Shown here: positions 48,005 through 57,750 of the stretch, one piece after another
Numbering within the stretch: position 1 is the first letter of the stretch
How the letters are laid out: the number at the start of each line of letters is the position of its first letter
Origin: an uncultured delta proteobacterium
Lineage (GTDB): Bacteria > Myxococcota_A > Polyangia > Polyangiales > Houyiibacteriaceae
Length of the DNA: 64,000 bases
Assembly (NCBI GenBank): GCA_963699755.1
Contig: CAVOVB010000003.1
Location: forward strand, 128,001 to 192,000
Reading direction: 5' to 3'
Made by a program: the position numbers and the translations under genes
The notes under the pieces: model-generated
Databases searched by the model: none
Told to the model about the DNA's origin: nothing
Seen by the model: only the letters and a program-made list of their open reading frames with translations

Positions 48005-49532
48005 CGACTTCTCCACGGTAGCGCTCTCGTAGTCGGCGCTTGTAGAGCTTGCCATTGTCGCTTCGTGGAAGGGCATTCACGATCTCGATGCTCTGCGGGC
48101 ATTTGAAGCGCGCGAGTCGTTCGCGGCAGAGCTCGTTCAGCTCTCGTTCCAGCTCGGCCGGAGGCTCGTCGTCGACGTGCTCGACGATCGCCATGACTTC
48201 CTCGCCCCACTCGGAGCTGGGGACGCCTATGACCGCGACATCGCGCACGGACCGATGATGCAGGAGCACCGCCTCCACCTCGGCCGGGTAGATGTTCACT
48301 CCGCCTCGGATGATCAGATCGGCGCTTCGATCCGTTAGAAAGAGAAAACCGGCTTCGTCGAGATACCCGACATCCCCGACGGTGAAGTACGGACCCCGAT
48401 GGGCCGCGGCCGTCTTTGCCGGGTCGTTGAAGTATTCGAAGTCCGAGTTGGCGAGCACCTTGAGGTAAATAGTCCCGGGCTGGTTGGGGGCGCAAGGCCT
48501 GCCATCGTCGTCTAGGACCTGCACGTGGTCCTCGGTGATGGGTTTGCCGACCGTGCCTGGCTTTTCGAGCCACTGCTCGGGCCCCACCGAAGCACCTCCG
48601 CCCTCCGTCGCAGCGTAGTACTCCCAGAGAATCGGGCCGAACCAATCGAGCATCCCTTTCTTGGTACCGACCGTACAAGGCGCCGCGCCGTGCGCAATGT
48701 ACTGCATCGAGGAGACGTCAGCGCTGCGGCGAACATCTTCTGGAAGCCTCAGCAGCCGATGAAACATCGTCGGCACCATGTGGGTGTGCGTGATGCGATG
48801 TTTTTCAATCAGCCGCAGGGCTTCGGCGGCGTCCCATCTGTCCATCAGCACGGTGCCGACGCCCTGTGAGATTGGCACCTCCATCGAATACACCAGGGGC
48901 CCCCCGTGGTGCATGGGCCCCGTGCAAAGATGGAGTTGCCCCTTGCCTGGACCGTACCCGGGAGCTGAGGTCAGGCCGCTGAGACCTGTCGAATAGTTCA
49001 CTGGTCGCACCACGCCTTTGGGTCTACCGGTAGTCCCCGAGGTGTACAGCATCCGAAACCCGTCTTTCGGGTCCTCCAGATCCTGCGCATCCTCCTCGGC
49101 GATCGCTTGGTCGTAGCTCTCGAAACCTGAGATCTCGCCGCCGATTGCCAGACGCACCCTGGCGTTAGGAGAGAGGGTGGCGGCCTTCGTCATGAGAGCT
49201 GCGAAACGCGCGTCGCCGAACACGGCCTTGGCTTGGCAGTCGCCCACGATGTAAGCCACCTCGTCGGGGGTTAGATGCCAGTTGACGGGCGTATAGCGAA
49301 GCCCAGCGCGCAGGCATGCATGCACGACCTCGGCGAACTCGGGACGGTTGCCGCAGACGATCGCGACTCCGTCCCCCGCGTGAAGACCCCGCGCCCGCAA
49401 GGCGCGTGCCAAGCGGTTGCTGTTTGCGTTGAGCCGCTGGAAGGTGCGGTCTCCCCAGATCGAGTGGACTGCGAGGACCTCGGGTTGAACCCGCGCCCAG
49501 TGCGCGAGTCTCATGCCCGCCGCGACCATCAC
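47997..49532 (-). CDS. Acyl-CoA synthetase (AMP-binding)
   Basis: YTSGTTGRPKG, EYYAATE, TVGD, IIRGGVNIYPAEVE, GKL.K. Confidence 0.93.
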   Translation of the reverse strand: MMVAAGMRLAHWARVQPEVLAVHSIWGDRTFQRLNANSNRLARALRARGLHAGDGVAIVCGNRPEFAEVVHACLRAGLRYTPVNWHLTPDEVAYIVGDCQAKAVFGDARFAALMTKAATLSPNARVRLAIGGEISGFESYDQAIAEEDAQDLEDPKDGFRMLYTSGTTGRPKGVVRPVNYSTGLSGLTSAPGYGPGKGQLHLCTGPMHHGGPLVYSMEVPISQGVGTVLMDRWDAAEALRLIEKHRITHTHMVPTMFHRLLRLPEDVRRSADVSSMQYIAHGAAPCTVGTKKGMLDWFGPILWEYYAATEGGGASVGPEQWLEKPGTVGKPITEDHVQVLDDDGRPCAPNQPGTIYLKVLANSDFEYFNDPAKTAAAHRGPYFTVGDVGYLDEAGFLFLTDRSADLIIRGGVNIYPAEVEAVLLHHRSVRDVAVIGVPSSEWGEEVMAIVEHVDDEPPAELERELNELCRERLARFKCPQSIEIVNALPRSDNGKLYKRRLRERYRGEVDA

Positions 49533-51214
49533 GCCTGTCCGCCGCGCAAGACCTGACCGGGCAGGTCATCCTGCCCGTCGATCTGATCAACCCCGCTGCG
49601 CCGCAGCACCGCTCCGTTGACGATCACTGCTTCGACGCCGATGGCGTCCGACACCAAGCGCTCGGCCCCACCTGGAAGGTCTTGGACCCGACGCAACGGC
49701 GACGCCGCGACCGTATCTGGGTCGAACACCACCACGTCGGCGGGACGACCGAGCGCAAGAAGGCCTCGATCGCGAATGCCCATTAGACTGGCCGCACGCT
49801 GGGTCAAGGTATGCACGGCAGATTCCAGGCTCATCGCGCCCTTGTCGCGCACCCAATGACCCAATAGATGCGTTGAGTAGCAGGCGTCGCAGAGCTGACT
49901 CGCGTGCGCGCCCGCGTCCGAGAGGGTGACGATGGTATTCGGGTCGGTGATGAGCTCCTCCACTTCGGCTTCGTCGTAGTTGAGGAAGGCGAGACGGAAC
50001 CGGGAGGTCAACTGGGTTTCCAGCGACATGTCGAGAACCAGGTCCACCGGGTCCACGCCGCGCGCCTCCGCCACCGCGCGGAGCGGCTTCTCTTCGAGAG
50101 AGGGATCGAGCGGGTAGTACGAAATCACCGTTCGGTCGGCCCATCCTGCGTTGGCGTTTTTCGCTCCGACGAGCGATTCGGCCTTGAACTTCGAGCGAAA
50201 GCCGGGGTCGTCATAGAGCCGCATCCGGCCCTGCTGATCGGTGGTCATCGTTTCTCGAAATAGAGGCCACAACTCGAAGGGGTAAGGCTCGTCGAAATGG
50301 AAATCGAACATGATCGGGCGGCAGGCCACCTGGGGCAGGATCGTCAGCCCGGCCTCTCGCTGCTCGGCGGCCTTGTCGAGATAGCGACGGTGGTTTCCCC
50401 GTCCCGTCATTCCCGCGAGCAGCGCCGTCCAGGTGATGGGAACCTGGTGGCGGGTCGCGAGGTCGGTGAATTCGTCATTGAACAGCGTCCTGCCCATCGC
50501 TGCCTGCATGATGCCTCGGCCCGATTCGGCCATCGCGCCCACCAGCGCGTTGATTTCCGAGAACGAAGCAAGGCGGCTCGGCACCGGTTTGCCACCCGCA
50601 CCATGATGGGTGGCCGCTTGCGAGGTCGCGAAGCCGATGGCCCCGGCTTGCATGGCTTCACGCACCAGGCCTTGCATCGCCTCGACCTCATGCGCCGTTG
50701 CCTCGCGTTCGGTCGCGTCTTCGCCCATGACATAGAGTCGCAGCGGCGTGTGGCCCACGTACGCCGCTACGTTGACGGCGCTTCCAAGTCGCTCCACCGC
50801 ATCGAGGTAATTGGGAAACGTGACGAAGGGCCAATCGGAACCGAGCCCCGCGCTCAAGGCGTCGTACGCCATGCCTTCGACCTTTTCCAAGGTTCGCATG
50901 ATGACTTCACGGTGTTCGACGCGCATGGGCGCGACTCCGAAGCCGCAGTTGCCGAGGACAGCGGTGGTCACGCCGTGCCAGGGCGAGATGCTCAGCATAC
51001 GGTCCCAGAGGATCTGAGCGTCGTAGTGGGTATGAATGTCGACGAAGCCGGGTGAGACCGCGCAGCCATCGGCGTCGATGGTCTTCGTAGCGTGGCCAGG
51101 CGCGTCGCCGAGCGCAGTGATCTTCCCAGCCTTGATGCCAACGTCGCCCCGGTAAGGGGTCCCACCGCTGCCATCGACGATGTTCCCGCCCGTGATTTTC
51201 AGGTCGTAGTCCAT
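49529..51214 (-). CDS. N-acyl-D-amino-acid deacylase family amidohydrolase
   Basis: PGFVDIHTHYDAQ, HGVTT...GNCG, SDAGAH, ADVVVFDP. Confidence 0.9.
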   Translation of the reverse strand: MDYDLKITGGNIVDGSGGTPYRGDVGIKAGKITALGDAPGHATKTIDADGCAVSPGFVDIHTHYDAQILWDRMLSISPWHGVTTAVLGNCGFGVAPMRVEHREVIMRTLEKVEGMAYDALSAGLGSDWPFVTFPNYLDAVERLGSAVNVAAYVGHTPLRLYVMGEDATEREATAHEVEAMQGLVREAMQAGAIGFATSQAATHHGAGGKPVPSRLASFSEINALVGAMAESGRGIMQAAMGRTLFNDEFTDLATRHQVPITWTALLAGMTGRGNHRRYLDKAAEQREAGLTILPQVACRPIMFDFHFDEPYPFELWPLFRETMTTDQQGRMRLYDDPGFRSKFKAESLVGAKNANAGWADRTVISYYPLDPSLEEKPLRAVAEARGVDPVDLVLDMSLETQLTSRFRLAFLNYDEAEVEELITDPNTIVTLSDAGAHASQLCDACYSTHLLGHWVRDKGAMSLESAVHTLTQRAASLMGIRDRGLLALGRPADVVVFDPDTVAASPLRRVQDLPGGAERLVSDAIGVEAVIVNGAVLRRSGVDQIDGQDDLPGQVLRGGQA

Positions 51215-51229
51215 GGGCTTTCCGCCGCG

Positions 51230-52363
51230 TCAGCTCAGTGGCGCCGGTCGTTCGGGCGCGTCGAGACCGAAGAGCTCTACGCAATTGTCTCTTAAGATCC
51301 GGCGGCGCTCGTGAGGGCTGAGTTGCGCGGTGTGTTTGCCGAGCAGCTCTTGAGAGAGGGGCCAGGTCGAATCGGAGTGCGGGAAGTCGTTGGCCCACAT
51401 GATTCGCTCGACGTTGAGATGATCCTTCACCTGGAACGCGGTCCAGTCGTCCTGGAAGGTCAGCCAAATATTCTCGAAAAAGTACTCCGACGGCAGCTTC
51501 TGGAGCTCCTGGGCCTTGTTCCAGAAGCGATGACGCTTGTAGACGTGGTCCATTCGGTAGGCGTAGTGCGGGGCCCAGCCGGCGTCCGATTCGACGCAGA
51601 CCACCTTCAGACCGGGGTGACGATCGAAGACACCCGAAAAGATCAACATGCCCAAGATGTCCTGGCAGCTCCGAACCACGTTCAGCAAGGCGTTTATCTT
51701 CGGTCCACGGTGACCGCCGTAGGCCCGATTGGTCAGGATGTGAAAGCAGAGCGGCAGCTCCAGGTCTACCGCGGCCGCCCAGAGTCGATCATACGAGGGG
51801 TCGTCGTAGTCGGCCTCTCCCGGCTGACCGGACATCATGACCCCTTTGAAGCCCATCTTCTTGATCTCGGCGAGCTCCTCCACCGCATCGATTGCATTTT
51901 TGACGGCGGCTTGGCCGGCGCCAAACAGGCGGGTCGGCGCATGACTGCAATACTCTTGAAGCCAGCGGTTGTAGGCTTCCATGCAAGCACGGCGATAGTC
52001 GAGATCGGCGTGACCACAGAGCTGCATCCCCACGGTCGCAAAAAGAAGCTCCGCCGCGACGCCGTCGCGCGCCTGGTCCCTCAGCCGGTAGGTCGGGTCC
52101 CATCCCGATCGGTGCCAGTCTTCGAAGTCCCGTCCATTGAAGGTCATCTGACTCGACTCTTCGCCGGCCGCGGCAACGAGCCCCATCGGGACCGTCATGT
52201 TGTCCTGCCCGGGAATGACATAGAGGTCTCCGCGCTTCTCATCTCGCCTGATGAACGGGGCCCGGTCCCGATAGGCCGGGTCGATGAAGCGCTGATAGCA
52301 ATCCGGCGGCTCGGTGACGTGCGAGTCGGCGGAAACAAAGCCGTAGTCGAACTGGGTCTGCAT
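51230..52363 (-). CDS. Amidohydrolase_2 family metal-dependent hydrolase
   Basis: SADSHVTEP, AYNRWL, LCFH, GVFDRHPGLK, MWANDFPHSDSTWP; start ATG 52363 (TTG 52381 overlaps the -10 box). Confidence 0.88.
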   Translation of the reverse strand: MQTQFDYGFVSADSHVTEPPDCYQRFIDPAYRDRAPFIRRDEKRGDLYVIPGQDNMTVPMGLVAAAGEESSQMTFNGRDFEDWHRSGWDPTYRLRDQARDGVAAELLFATVGMQLCGHADLDYRRACMEAYNRWLQEYCSHAPTRLFGAGQAAVKNAIDAVEELAEIKKMGFKGVMMSGQPGEADYDDPSYDRLWAAAVDLELPLCFHILTNRAYGGHRGPKINALLNVVRSCQDILGMLIFSGVFDRHPGLKVVCVESDAGWAPHYAYRMDHVYKRHRFWNKAQELQKLPSEYFFENIWLTFQDDWTAFQVKDHLNVERIMWANDFPHSDSTWPLSQELLGKHTAQLSPHERRRILRDNCVELFGLDAPERPAPLS

Positions 52364-52380
52364 CTGTTCTCGTTCCAGCA

Positions 52381-52435
52381 ATCATAGGCGTGCCGAGCCC
52401 AATCGAGTCATAGCGATTGGCTATCCAAGTATTCG
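52381..52435 (-). promoter_or_regulatory. LysR-type operator plus -10 box, copy 2
   Basis: ATAGC-N5-GCTAT inverted repeat (T-N11-A) at 52410-52424; minus-strand TATGAT at 52381-52386; divergent from the LysR gene. Confidence 0.82.
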
Positions 52436-52564
52436 ACAGCATTATGTGCGGAACCTGGCGTCCGCCGGCCCGCCTCGAGGGCCAGATAGCGTGCTCCGAA
52501 CGGTGACTGGATTCGGCTGGCTGGGGATTGATTCTACGTGTATTAGCTAGAATTATACTATCTC

Positions 52565-53482
52565 ATGGACTCGACCCGGCTGACCGGCCTCAACCTCAAC
52601 CTGCTCGTCGCCTTGGACGCGCTCTTGTCCGAGCGGAATGTCACCAGGGCGGCTCGCCGCGTCGGCATCACCCAGCCTGCGATGAGCCAGACCCTCGGAC
52701 GGTTGCGCGAGCTCTTCGCTGATCCGCTCCTGGTTCGTCGGGGGCGAGCGATGGTGTTGACGCCGCGCGCCGAAGCGATGCTGGTGCCACTTTCAGATGC
52801 TCTCCTTTCGGTCGAACGCGCGGTCCAGCTGGGAATGGGTTTCGACGCGGCGACCTCGACACGGATCTTCAGCGTGGCTCTTCCGGACCTGAGCGCCACG
52901 GTCATCCTCGGACCGCTTCTTGGTCTCATTGGGGTAGAGGCTCCCGGGGTCCGGGTCCAAGTCGAGCCGCTTTCGATGAGTAGGCTCTCGGACAAGCTCG
53001 CTTCGGGCGCGATCGACCTCGTGCTCGCGGCGCACTTGAGCTCATCAGAAGGGCTTCGCCGCGAGACACTTCTGACCGACGACTACGTCTGTCTCGTTCG
53101 TCGCGGGCATCCATTGGCGCGTCGCAAGCGAGTCCGCATCGACGACTACGCGGCGCACGGTCACCTGGCCTACACGCCGGTGGGCTTCGTGCCGCCTCCC
53201 ATCTCCGAGGCCGTTCCAGGGTTCGCCTCGACCTCGGGCATCCGCGCTTCGGTGCCGTATCTCCTCGCGCTTCCCGAAGTGGTCCGGCGCACCGACCTGG
53301 TGGCCACGGTGCCGAGGCGCTTGCTCTGTGCGCCGATCGATTTCCGCGGCGTCGTAACCCTCGAGGCCCCACGCGAGCTGCCAGCGGTGGTCGATTCACT
53401 CTGGTGGCACCCTCGATTCGACTCCGACCCAGCTCATCAGTGGCTTCGGAAGCGCGTTCACGAGGCTTTGGCTGCTAGCTGA
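52565..53482 (+). CDS. LysR-family transcriptional regulator
   Basis: LNLNLLVALDALL.ERNVTRAA...TQPAMS..L.RLR..F.DPL; C-terminal WH.R..DP.HQWLR. Confidence 0.95.
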   Translation: MDSTRLTGLNLNLLVALDALLSERNVTRAARRVGITQPAMSQTLGRLRELFADPLLVRRGRAMVLTPRAEAMLVPLSDALLSVERAVQLGMGFDAATSTRIFSVALPDLSATVILGPLLGLIGVEAPGVRVQVEPLSMSRLSDKLASGAIDLVLAAHLSSSEGLRRETLLTDDYVCLVRRGHPLARRKRVRIDDYAAHGHLAYTPVGFVPPPISEAVPGFASTSGIRASVPYLLALPEVVRRTDLVATVPRRLLCAPIDFRGVVTLEAPRELPAVVDSLWWHPRFDSDPAHQWLRKRVHEALAAS

Positions 53483-54979
53483 TCAGCTCCGCCACCGAAG
53501 CAAGGAGCCCTGGTCGCCGAAGCGGTCGAGATACTCCTGCATCCGCAGCTTTCGCTTCGTATTTTCGGAGCTCATGTAGCGAATCTTGCCGAAAATGGGT
53601 CGCTCCGGGCCCCAAGCGCGATCGTAGCGACCGAGGACCCAGAAGATCCCCGAGTAGCTGTTCGGATCTCGGCCATCGAGGGCGTACCTGTTGTTGAGCT
53701 CGATCATCGCCGCAAGGGCGTCACGCGCGGTCGGCGACCATTCGAGGATCTTCTTTCCCCAGAGCATGCGAAGGTAGTTCTGAAGTCGGCCGGTTTCGCG
53801 AAGCTCGTTTTGCGCGGCGTTCCAGATCGGATCGTGAGTCTCGGACGCGGCGAGCTGTTCGAGAGAGTAGAGATAGGCCCGCTCATCGCTCTCGTGGAGC
53901 TCGAGCGATTCGCGTGCCCAGGCAGGCAAGGACTCATACTGGTCATAGTCCTTCCGGTGAGCGCACATGTTGAAGCCCAGCTCTCGCCAAGTGACCAGCT
54001 CGTCGATGAACGACTCGGCCGTGGAGCTCATCCCCCACCAGCCCTCTCGCGCGCCGTTGACCTTCTTGGAGAGTTGCTCCATCGACCAGCCTTCGTTCTT
54101 GGAAAGCTCGTCGAAGATCTGATGCGTGGAAACATGGCCGAAATGAAGCCAAGGGGAAAGCCCGCTTGCGACCTCTGCGTCAGGGTGGCTGCGCTCTTCT
54201 CCATAGCGGTCGATGTCTCCCGCGAAGAACTCATGTGCCCGCGCCTCGCCCGCTTCGAAGCCACCAACGAGGTCAGCAGTAGGCACATCGTGATCGATGG
54301 GCAGCGACGCCAGCGTTTTTCCAAGCAGCACCTCCTCTGATGCCGGGAGCCAGCTCCGTGCCGCAAGCGCTGCGAGGTCGGCACGGGCCTTCTCGGGAAT
54401 TGGGGTGAGCCCATCCACCGGATCGGCGAGCGGCTGTGTGCCGAGATGCTTCGGGAGCTCGCGTTGGAGGTGGCGCCGGAAATCAAAGGCCCGGCTGAAG
54501 ACCTTGTCGGTCGCCCTCATGGGGAACAGGCCGTTGCTGTCGACGAGCTCAATTCTAGCGTCCAGCTGCGCCGACGCTGCTTCTTGCATTCTTGGGACGA
54601 AGAACGTCGGGTAGTCATCGCTGACGATCAGGCATGCGTTCTGGGCGAGCGCGGCAAGAAGGCCTCGCCCCTCTCCCGCCGTTGCTTCGACATATGGAAA
54701 GTACAAGACGTTCTTCTTGGCGAAGTACGCGGCGTTCGCGCGCATGCCGTCGAGGATGAACTGATGGAACCGATCGCTTGCCCAAGGATAGGCGACGCGA
54801 AGGGCTTCGAGGATGAGGAGCGGCTTACCCAGTGAATCCGCAAGTGAAGCGGCATGTTCCAGAGAGAAGTTCCAGCGCGGCCTGCGAAAGCCAACCATCC
54901 AATAAAGGACGTGGCTGCCCTCCGGTCGTAGGGGCGCCTCATGGAGCACGCGAAGGCGAGCGGGCGGAGCCGGTTTCAC
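53483..54979 (-). CDS. phrB: Class II CPD DNA photolyase
   Basis: VLYWM, SGLSPWLHFG, THDPIWNAAQ, YLRMLWGKKILEW, DGRDPNSY, ERPIFGKIRYM; exact start uncertain. Confidence 0.9.
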   Translation of the reverse strand: MKPAPPARLRVLHEAPLRPEGSHVLYWMVGFRRPRWNFSLEHAASLADSLGKPLLILEALRVAYPWASDRFHQFILDGMRANAAYFAKKNVLYFPYVEATAGEGRGLLAALAQNACLIVSDDYPTFFVPRMQEAASAQLDARIELVDSNGLFPMRATDKVFSRAFDFRRHLQRELPKHLGTQPLADPVDGLTPIPEKARADLAALAARSWLPASEEVLLGKTLASLPIDHDVPTADLVGGFEAGEARAHEFFAGDIDRYGEERSHPDAEVASGLSPWLHFGHVSTHQIFDELSKNEGWSMEQLSKKVNGAREGWWGMSSTAESFIDELVTWRELGFNMCAHRKDYDQYESLPAWARESLELHESDERAYLYSLEQLAASETHDPIWNAAQNELRETGRLQNYLRMLWGKKILEWSPTARDALAAMIELNNRYALDGRDPNSYSGIFWVLGRYDRAWGPERPIFGKIRYMSSENTKRKLRMQEYLDRFGDQGSLLRWRS

Positions 54980-55067
54980 GCCGTTTGGGACCCTTTCGCT
55001 ACGCGGTTCATGTCCGGTCTGTGTGCCTACGATTGCAGGCGTCAAGTTGAGGGGCCGCCGCAACGGC

Positions 55068-55112
55068 TTGACAATTCGCGAATTCCACATAAACAGTCAG
55101 CTCTGATTGTTT
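55068..55112 (+). promoter_or_regulatory. Promoter with candidate TetR operator
   Basis: TTGACA at 55068; inverted repeat AAACAGTCAG-CT-CTGATTGTTT at 55091-55112 over the -10/+1 region; palindrome AATTCGCGAATT at 55073-55084. Confidence 0.7.
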
Positions 55113-55128
55113 CTGAACTCGAGGGACT

Positions 55129-57723
55129 ATGGGCAAAGAGCTGAGTTTTGTCGGTCGTGTGGCGATTGTGACCGGGGCCGGCCAAGGATTGGGCCGCTCG
55201 CATGCACTCGCCTTGGCAGCGCGGGGCGCGAAGGTGGTGGTGAACGATCTGGGTGGATCGATTTCCGGCGAGGGGAAGTCAGCGGAAAGCGCCGACCTGG
55301 TCGTGAACGAGATCAAGAAGGCCGGCGGCGAAGCGGTCGCCAACTACGACTCCGTCGAAGACGGCGACATGATCGTCCAGACCGCGATGGACACCTGGGG
55401 GCGCGTCGACATCCTGATCAACAACGCCGGTATCCTTCGCGACAAATCGTTCAAGAACATGACCGACGCCGATTGGGACATCATCTTCCGCGTCCACAAC
55501 TATGGTGCATACAAGGTGACCAGGGCAGCCTGGCCGATCATGACCGAGCAGGGCTACGGCCGCGTGCTCTTCACGACCTCTTCGGCGGGCCTCTACGGGA
55601 ACTTCGGGCAGACCAACTACGGCTCGGCGAAGCTCAGCCTCGTCGGTTTCGCGAACACCCTGTCGCTCGAAGGGCAGCGCAAGAACGTCTTGGTCAACAC
55701 GATCGCACCGTTCGCGGCATCCCGGCTCACCGAGGGACTGCTTCCTCCGGCGGTCTTCGATTCGCTCAAGCCCGAGTACGTCACCCCGCTCGTGGCATAT
55801 CTGTGCAGCGAGCACAACGAGACGACTGGCGGTGTCTACGAAGTTGGCGGCGGTTTCTACTCGAGCCTTCGCTGGCAGCGAACCAAGGGTAAGCTCTATC
55901 GGCTTGGTCGCGAAGTATCGCCGGAAGACATCGAATCGAGCTGGCATCAAATCAACGACTTCAGCGAGTCCGAGCACATCGGCAGCGTGATGGAGTCGCT
56001 CGGGCCCATCATTGAGAACGTCGAAGCGGGCCCTAGCAAGGGCGGCAACGAGTTTATCGACCTGGACGAAGCGCTCGGGGCGAAGTACCCGGACCGGGTA
56101 TCGAGCTACGACGAGAACGATCTCGCGCTCTACGCGCTCGGCGTGGGGGCCGCGACGGACCCGAACGATGAGCAGGCGCTCCGTCTGGTCTACGAGGGTT
56201 CGAGCGCCGGCATGAAGGCCTTGCCGACCTATGCCGTCATTCCGGGGACCAACGCGGTTCTCGGCTTCGCCAAGGAAGGCATCACGGCTCCAGGTTTGCA
56301 CTATGGCCTCGAGCGGCTCCTGCACGGCGAGCAATACGTCGAGCTGGTGCGTCCGCTCCCCTTGAAGGCGACGCTGACGACCAAGGGTGTGATCACGGAC
56401 ATCTGGGACAAGGGCAAAGGCGCGCTCGTCGTCACGGCCTTCGATTCGTATGACGAGGAAGGCGACCTGTTGATCAAGAGCGAAATGACGGCGTTCATTC
56501 GTGGCGCCGGCGGCTGGGGTGGTGATCGAGGCCCGCGCGCCGACATCAACCTGCCGCCGCCGCGGCAGCCAGACGCGGTCGTCGAGGACGCGATCCCGCC
56601 AAACCAGGCCCTGTTGTACCGCCTCAGTGGTGACTGGAACCCGCTTCACGTCGACCCAAACATGGCCCAGGCATTCGGTTTCGAGCGTCCGATTCTGCAC
56701 GGCCTGTGCACCTTTGGATATGCCGGGCGGCGAGTGCTCGAAAAGTACGCGCCCGATGGGAACCCCGACTTCTTCAAGAGTATCAAGGTGCGTTTCGCCG
56801 ACAACGTCTACCCGGGCGACACGCTGATCACCGAGATGTGGAAGGAGTCTGACCAGCGCATCGTGTTCCAGTGCAAGGTGAAGGAGCGCGACGCGGTCGT
56901 GATCTCGAACGCAGCGATCGAGCTTTTCGCGGAGCTCCCCAAGCCGAAAGAGAAGAACGAGGCAGCCACCGAGACCGGAGCCTCCGGTCCCGTCGAGCCG
57001 ACCGCCGCAGATGTGATCGCGGCGGCGAGTGATTATCTCGCGGCGAATCCGAGCATTTCCGAAAACGCGCAGACCGTCTTTCAGCTCAACCTGAGCAACC
57101 CCAGCAGTGTCTGGACGATCGACCTCAAAGCAGGGTCGACGGGCCCGGGCGAAGCGAGCAAACCCGACGCCACCCTTCAGCTCGACGACGCCGACTATGT
57201 CGCGCTTCAGAAGGGCGAGGCGGATCCGATCAAGCTGTTCTCGAGCGGGAAGCTCAAGGTCGCTGGCGACATGATGAGCGTGAACAAGCTCGAAGCGCTC
57301 CTCAAGATGCCTTTCGAGCTTGCGGTCGAAAAGGCCGAAGCCCGTGTGAGAGGAATCGCCTCGTCGGCTCCGCCACCCTCGCCAGTGGAGATCTCTGAGC
57401 CTCTCGCGCCGAAGCTCTTCGAGGCTCTGGCCGCACGCCTCGGAGAGCAGCCGAGCCTTGCCGATGAGGTCTGTGCGGTGCTTCAGTTCCATGTTCGGAA
57501 TCCCGATTCCAGTTGGGTCGTCGATCTCAATAGCCAGCCGCCGACGCTCAGGGCTGGCGAGACCGATGGCGCCACGACGACCATCACAATCGAAGATGCC
57601 GATCTGGCGGCGCTCAGCAGCGGCGAGATGACCACGCAATCTCTCTTCCAAAGGGGCAAGCTTCGTGTGGACGGGGACATTCAGCCCGCGCACCGGCTCA
57701 ACTTTCTCAAGGGCTTGATCTAA
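55129..57723 (+). CDS. Multifunctional enzyme type 2 (MFE-2/HSD17B4-like): SDR, hydratase-2 and two SCP2 domains
   Basis: TGAGQGLG, VVNDLGG, NNAGILRD, GNFGQTNYGSAK; LHGEQY, YRLSGDWNPLHVDP, ILHGLCT; two 'W.IDL...F..GKL(K/R)V.GD' SCP2 units. Confidence 0.92.
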   Translation: MGKELSFVGRVAIVTGAGQGLGRSHALALAARGAKVVVNDLGGSISGEGKSAESADLVVNEIKKAGGEAVANYDSVEDGDMIVQTAMDTWGRVDILINNAGILRDKSFKNMTDADWDIIFRVHNYGAYKVTRAAWPIMTEQGYGRVLFTTSSAGLYGNFGQTNYGSAKLSLVGFANTLSLEGQRKNVLVNTIAPFAASRLTEGLLPPAVFDSLKPEYVTPLVAYLCSEHNETTGGVYEVGGGFYSSLRWQRTKGKLYRLGREVSPEDIESSWHQINDFSESEHIGSVMESLGPIIENVEAGPSKGGNEFIDLDEALGAKYPDRVSSYDENDLALYALGVGAATDPNDEQALRLVYEGSSAGMKALPTYAVIPGTNAVLGFAKEGITAPGLHYGLERLLHGEQYVELVRPLPLKATLTTKGVITDIWDKGKGALVVTAFDSYDEEGDLLIKSEMTAFIRGAGGWGGDRGPRADINLPPPRQPDAVVEDAIPPNQALLYRLSGDWNPLHVDPNMAQAFGFERPILHGLCTFGYAGRRVLEKYAPDGNPDFFKSIKVRFADNVYPGDTLITEMWKESDQRIVFQCKVKERDAVVISNAAIELFAELPKPKEKNEAATETGASGPVEPTAADVIAAASDYLAANPSISENAQTVFQLNLSNPSSVWTIDLKAGSTGPGEASKPDATLQLDDADYVALQKGEADPIKLFSSGKLKVAGDMMSVNKLEALLKMPFELAVEKAEARVRGIASSAPPPSPVEISEPLAPKLFEALAARLGEQPSLADEVCAVLQFHVRNPDSSWVVDLNSQPPTLRAGETDGATTTITIEDADLAALSSGEMTTQSLFQRGKLRVDGDIQPAHRLNFLKGLI

Positions 57724-57750
57724 TCTCGCGCGCTGCGCGAAGGAGCAACG

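Noticed and set aside
52377..52396. CGGCAC...TTGCT on the minus strand as a sigma54 promoter
   Set aside because: GG-to-GC spacing is not 10 nt; the TATGAT -10 box shared with the second copy explains it better.
55279..57693. 804-aa antisense ORF, and similar long shadow ORFs such as 1713-2930, 17292-18425, 47012-48106 and 51311-52387
   Set aside because: They mirror well-supported genes on the opposite strand, as expected from high-GC codon bias, and show no protein motifs.
57700..57723. Eukaryotic contamination or a PTS1 signal on the MFE-2-like gene
   Set aside because: Ends in KGLI rather than an SKL-type signal; no introns, bacterial RBS and operon with tetR.
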